Shown here: piece by piece, positions 61,141 to 64,000 of the stretch | Position numbering within the stretch: position 1 is the stretch's first letter | Layout of the letters: every line of letters begins with the position of its first letter | Assembly: GCA_041744215.1 (NCBI GenBank) | Contig: JBGTLG010000036.1 | Location: 27,188-91,187, forward strand | Direction: 5' to 3' | DNA length: 64,000 nucleotides | DNA from: Fimbriimonadales bacterium | GTDB taxonomy: Bacteria > Armatimonadota > Fimbriimonadia > Fimbriimonadales > ATM1 | The notes under the pieces: generated by a model | Seen by the model: only the letters and a program-made list of their open reading frames with translations | What the model was told of the DNA's origin: nothing | Database searches by the model: none | Position numbers and translations under genes: made by a program

Positions 61141-62498
61141 AAGCCTCTCAAATGCCCGCGTCTCTTCGACCACCCGGGTACCAATACAACGCGACCACAG
61201 GCCTCAGAACCCAGGTCGAATACTTTCTGGAGTCCAGCGGATGGACGCTGGATCACAAGCAAGCGTACGGCTACGATTCGAACCTCGACTACCTGACTTC
61301 GGCGACGTATTCGACCTCCTACACCGGCTCGGAGTCTTGGAGCTACGATGCAGCCGGGAACCGTATGGGGACTGGAACCGCCTACGACAACCTTAACCGA
61401 ATGGAATCGTCGCCGGGATACGTCTATCAGAATGACGTGCTTGGGAATAGGACGTGGAGAAACTTCGGGCAATCCGGCGTGCAGAGGTACGTCTGGGACG
61501 AAGTCAATCGCCTAAAGAGCGTGTGCGGAACCTCCGAGGGTGCGCGTTATGAGTACCGCGCGGATGGGATGCGCATGAAGAAGGTTGCGGATCTGACGAT
61601 AACCTGGAACCCGGGCGACAACGAAAACGAGGGCTCGGGATTCTATGATGACAACCTTTCGGTGAACAAGCCGACCACGCGGTACTTCTACGACGGCCAG
61701 ATGCCGATGGAAGAGGATTATGCGATGATCGGATTGTTCGGCACACCGACGGTGACGGTGACGCAGTACGGCCTCGGCGCGAGGGGCATTGATTACATTC
61801 GCAACAAAGTCGGTAGCGATCCAGAGACGATCGTGTTCCCGATTTATGATGGGCATGGGAATATGATCTACACGCTAACGCGTGAGGCTAACGACGGCCA
61901 CGATCTCGGCAACGAACGCATTTACGGTGCTTGGGGCGATCTGCGCGTTGACAGCAATCCCGGTGACGGACCGAACACGCAGTACGTCGGAAATCTCGGA
62001 CACAAGAAAGACAACGAATCCGGACTCACCTACATGCGCGCGAGATACTACGAGCCGTGGACTGGGAGATTCATTAGTGAAGATCCAGCGAGAGATGGCT
62101 GGAACTGGGCTGTTTATGCTGACAATCAGCCGATAACACAAGCTGACCCAAGCGGCCTCTTTACATTTGGGGATCTGATAACCGGCGCATTAGATCAGGC
62201 AACGATAATGAAGATGAACTTGCTGGCTGCCCGAGCGGGTTTACGGGGGGGAGTGGGGCAGCTGCAGAAGGCATTGATGAAGTGGGGCGAGCAAAATGCG
62301 GAGCACTTCGCTACCGTGTACAATGTTGAGTTGAGGGAGTTGATCACCAAAGCGGGTGCTGATCGCCTCCAGTATGCCTTAGTAGGCCTAAACGGTCAAA
62401 CTCTTGGGATTCAGTTCGCCAACGGCCAGATCATCCTGAAGTGGTACGATTCATTCGGCAAGCACCTTTTACCAAACTTTCATTGGCCACCACATTAA
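61068..62498 (+). CDS. truncated Rhs repeat-associated core protein with C-terminal putative toxin
   Basis: YD repeats (SYDAAGNR, AYDNLNR), ESGLTYMRARYYEPWTGRFISEDP, PITQADPSG, then a 113-aa tip. Confidence 0.88.
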   Translation: MNKSKLTEEQIAGIFEEAASGEKRQASQMPASLRPPGYQYNATTGLRTQVEYFLESSGWTLDHKQAYGYDSNLDYLTSATYSTSYTGSESWSYDAAGNRMGTGTAYDNLNRMESSPGYVYQNDVLGNRTWRNFGQSGVQRYVWDEVNRLKSVCGTSEGARYEYRADGMRMKKVADLTITWNPGDNENEGSGFYDDNLSVNKPTTRYFYDGQMPMEEDYAMIGLFGTPTVTVTQYGLGARGIDYIRNKVGSDPETIVFPIYDGHGNMIYTLTREANDGHDLGNERIYGAWGDLRVDSNPGDGPNTQYVGNLGHKKDNESGLTYMRARYYEPWTGRFISEDPARDGWNWAVYADNQPITQADPSGLFTFGDLITGALDQATIMKMNLLAARAGLRGGVGQLQKALMKWGEQNAEHFATVYNVELRELITKAGADRLQYALVGLNGQTLGIQFANGQIILKWYDSFGKHLLPNFHWPPH

Positions 62499-63263
62499 AT
62501 GAATCAACAACGTGTATTGCTGAGGTTTGTAGCTGATCGCCATTCGGGAAACCGCGGCGGGGTAGTCGGACTCGACCTACAACATCACTACGAGCTGTTG
62601 GTCTTGCGCGAACTATCTGGGTCCGGAGCAAACCTTAAGAAGGTCGAACAGATCGGCGTGTGGTCACCCGAATCTGAGCCCGCTCAACACTTCCTTACAT
62701 CAATCCTCTGGAACGAACAGTTTGCTGTTTCGGAGGTCTGGGCAGCGCAGTTTGTGTCGACGCAAAAAACACATGAATCAGCAATGTACCTCGGGGCGCG
62801 AGAACTCGAAGTGATTCCTTTTGAATACTACCCACAAGGTCAACTGCTACTGCTGCAGTGCAGGTCTCGCCAGGATGTTATGAGGTTGTTTGAGCATGGG
62901 GCAGTACATGGCGCAGTTGATCTGGCATGGCTGGCGTTTTGTGACCTTTCTCAGGAGACTTTCAAAACGGCCCATCCATTACCTGGCGCCGATTTATTCC
63001 TGGGATCTGCTCCCTTTACGGAGGATACTGCGGACCGGACGTTCAGAGCAGGAGAACCGTTGGCTCAGAAGTGGGCTTATACGGTGAAGCAAAGCATCTG
63101 CTCTTGGGATTCTGGCGATCCAGTAGTTTGTGTAAGAAAGGGAGACTTACTGAAACTGGATCAACAGTTAGAGCATTTGAAACAAAGCTTGAATGCGAAG
63201 GAGTCGCGCGAGCCCCTCAGAATCGACAAGCTTGCAGAGCTGTTTGATTGGTTCAATCCATGA
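62499..63263 (+). CDS. putative immunity protein
   Basis: ATG immediately after the Rhs TAA; visibly more AT-rich, like the toxin tip. Confidence 0.6.
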   Translation: MNQQRVLLRFVADRHSGNRGGVVGLDLQHHYELLVLRELSGSGANLKKVEQIGVWSPESEPAQHFLTSILWNEQFAVSEVWAAQFVSTQKTHESAMYLGARELEVIPFEYYPQGQLLLLQCRSRQDVMRLFEHGAVHGAVDLAWLAFCDLSQETFKTAHPLPGADLFLGSAPFTEDTADRTFRAGEPLAQKWAYTVKQSICSWDSGDPVVCVRKGDLLKLDQQLEHLKQSLNAKESREPLRIDKLAELFDWFNP

Positions 63264-63581
63264 TGGAACAAGCGGCCGGCTCGGTATGCGGAGCGTGACG
63301 GTCACGGCGGACGGCCGGTGCGACATAGGAACGAGAACTGAATGACAGAGATGGCAACCAAAAATACGCTAGCTGAGGTGAATCGCGGGCAATGTGCAAG
63401 CTGCTTTTTCCCCAAAAAGGCCCGGAGCTTTGTATCGATCCCCCCCGTCAGCTGCGAGGCCGAAACGCCAGCCTGGTAACTGAAATGACTTTGAGAGTGC
63501 ATCGGAGTGAATGCAGATTTGCTCCGAGAGCAGAAATGCGAACCGAATGAATCACTACACAACAGACAAATGAGGAAACGG

Positions 63582-64000
63582 ATGAAACAACTGACACTTG
63601 CAATCACAGCCTTCGCGCTGACTTGCGCCGCAACGGCGCAGGGATTTTTCACCATAGAGATTCCCACCGACGCCACAAACGGCATCAACGAACGCAAAGC
63701 GGCCCAAACTTGGATCGGCACGATGGACGGACAAACCCAGGTCGCCGACACCCGCCACGTTTTCGAAATCACGCTCAAAGTGAAAAGCGGAAGCGGCGGA
63801 GGCGATGGCCTTCCATCGGGCGCGCAGCTCGTCAACCTCGACGAAAGCGGCACCGTTTGCTGGGTCGGGATCATGGAGAGCGAAGAATTCGACGACGTTG
63901 GGGTCGCTTGGGAGATGACCGGAAAAGGCAGGGGCCTCTATGCCATCGAATCCGGAATGAATCCTGAGACCGCCTACTTTATCGGATGCAAACTGACCAC
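63582..64000 (+). CDS. hypothetical secreted protein (runs off window end)
   Basis: SD GAGGA; MKQLTLAITAFALTCAATAQG signal peptide; frame open to the window end. Confidence 0.7.
   Translation, partial: MKQLTLAITAFALTCAATAQGFFTIEIPTDATNGINERKAAQTWIGTMDGQTQVADTRHVFEITLKVKSGSGGGDGLPSGAQLVNLDESGTVCWVGIMESEEFDDVGVAWEMTGKGRGLYAIESGMNPETAYFIGCKLT

Noticed and set aside
63264-63581. Riboswitch or hammerhead ribozyme in the gap after the immunity gene
   Set aside because: No CUGAnGA core or recognisable aptamer consensus found by eye
1-64000. CRISPR arrays, rRNA, tRNA (including tRNA-Sec), prophage or defence systems
   Set aside because: None recognised; the intergenic gaps are short and lack repeat-spacer or cloverleaf patterns

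Overview
Gene-dense, GC-rich bacterial chromosome segment. Outer-membrane porins together with divIVA, DUF4446, hspR/HAIR and ECF/ZAS genes point to a diderm Terrabacteria member; Armatimonadota is my inference, not verified. Most of it is housekeeping and accessory metabolism: aldo/keto reductase, MATE, GH116, nfo, divIVA, gatB, a lone nuoF, a Tat-type SOD, tilS-ftsH, an arsC-porin-pstSCAB phosphate locus, parAB, crcB, asnB, tandem clpS-like genes, a Tat-exported xanthine-dehydrogenase-family operon, dnaK-hsp20-dnaJ-hspR, an ECF/anti-sigma pair, lepB, two pilC-like genes, folK, murB and tsaBE. It ends in an Rhs toxin/immunity module. The main observations not shown by the ORF track: (1) an exported deiodinase-like selenoprotein split by an in-frame UGA at 14221, with a SECIS-like hairpin; (2) an IS3-transposase N-terminus fused in frame to a truncated Rhs core with an unrecognised C-terminal toxin and a coupled immunity candidate; (3) 11-bp-period Pho-box-like repeats before both arsC and the porin-pst operon; (4) back-to-back ECF-type promoters plus HAIR sites at dnaK; (5) a recurring -10 hexamer 7 nt before start codons, suggesting many leaderless mRNAs; (6) a small Cys-rich ORF in the Mo-enzyme operon, a ZipA-C-like protein, and a PstC with a large extra domain. 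I recognised no rRNA, tRNA or CRISPR array. All family calls come from motif recognition by eye, without database searches.
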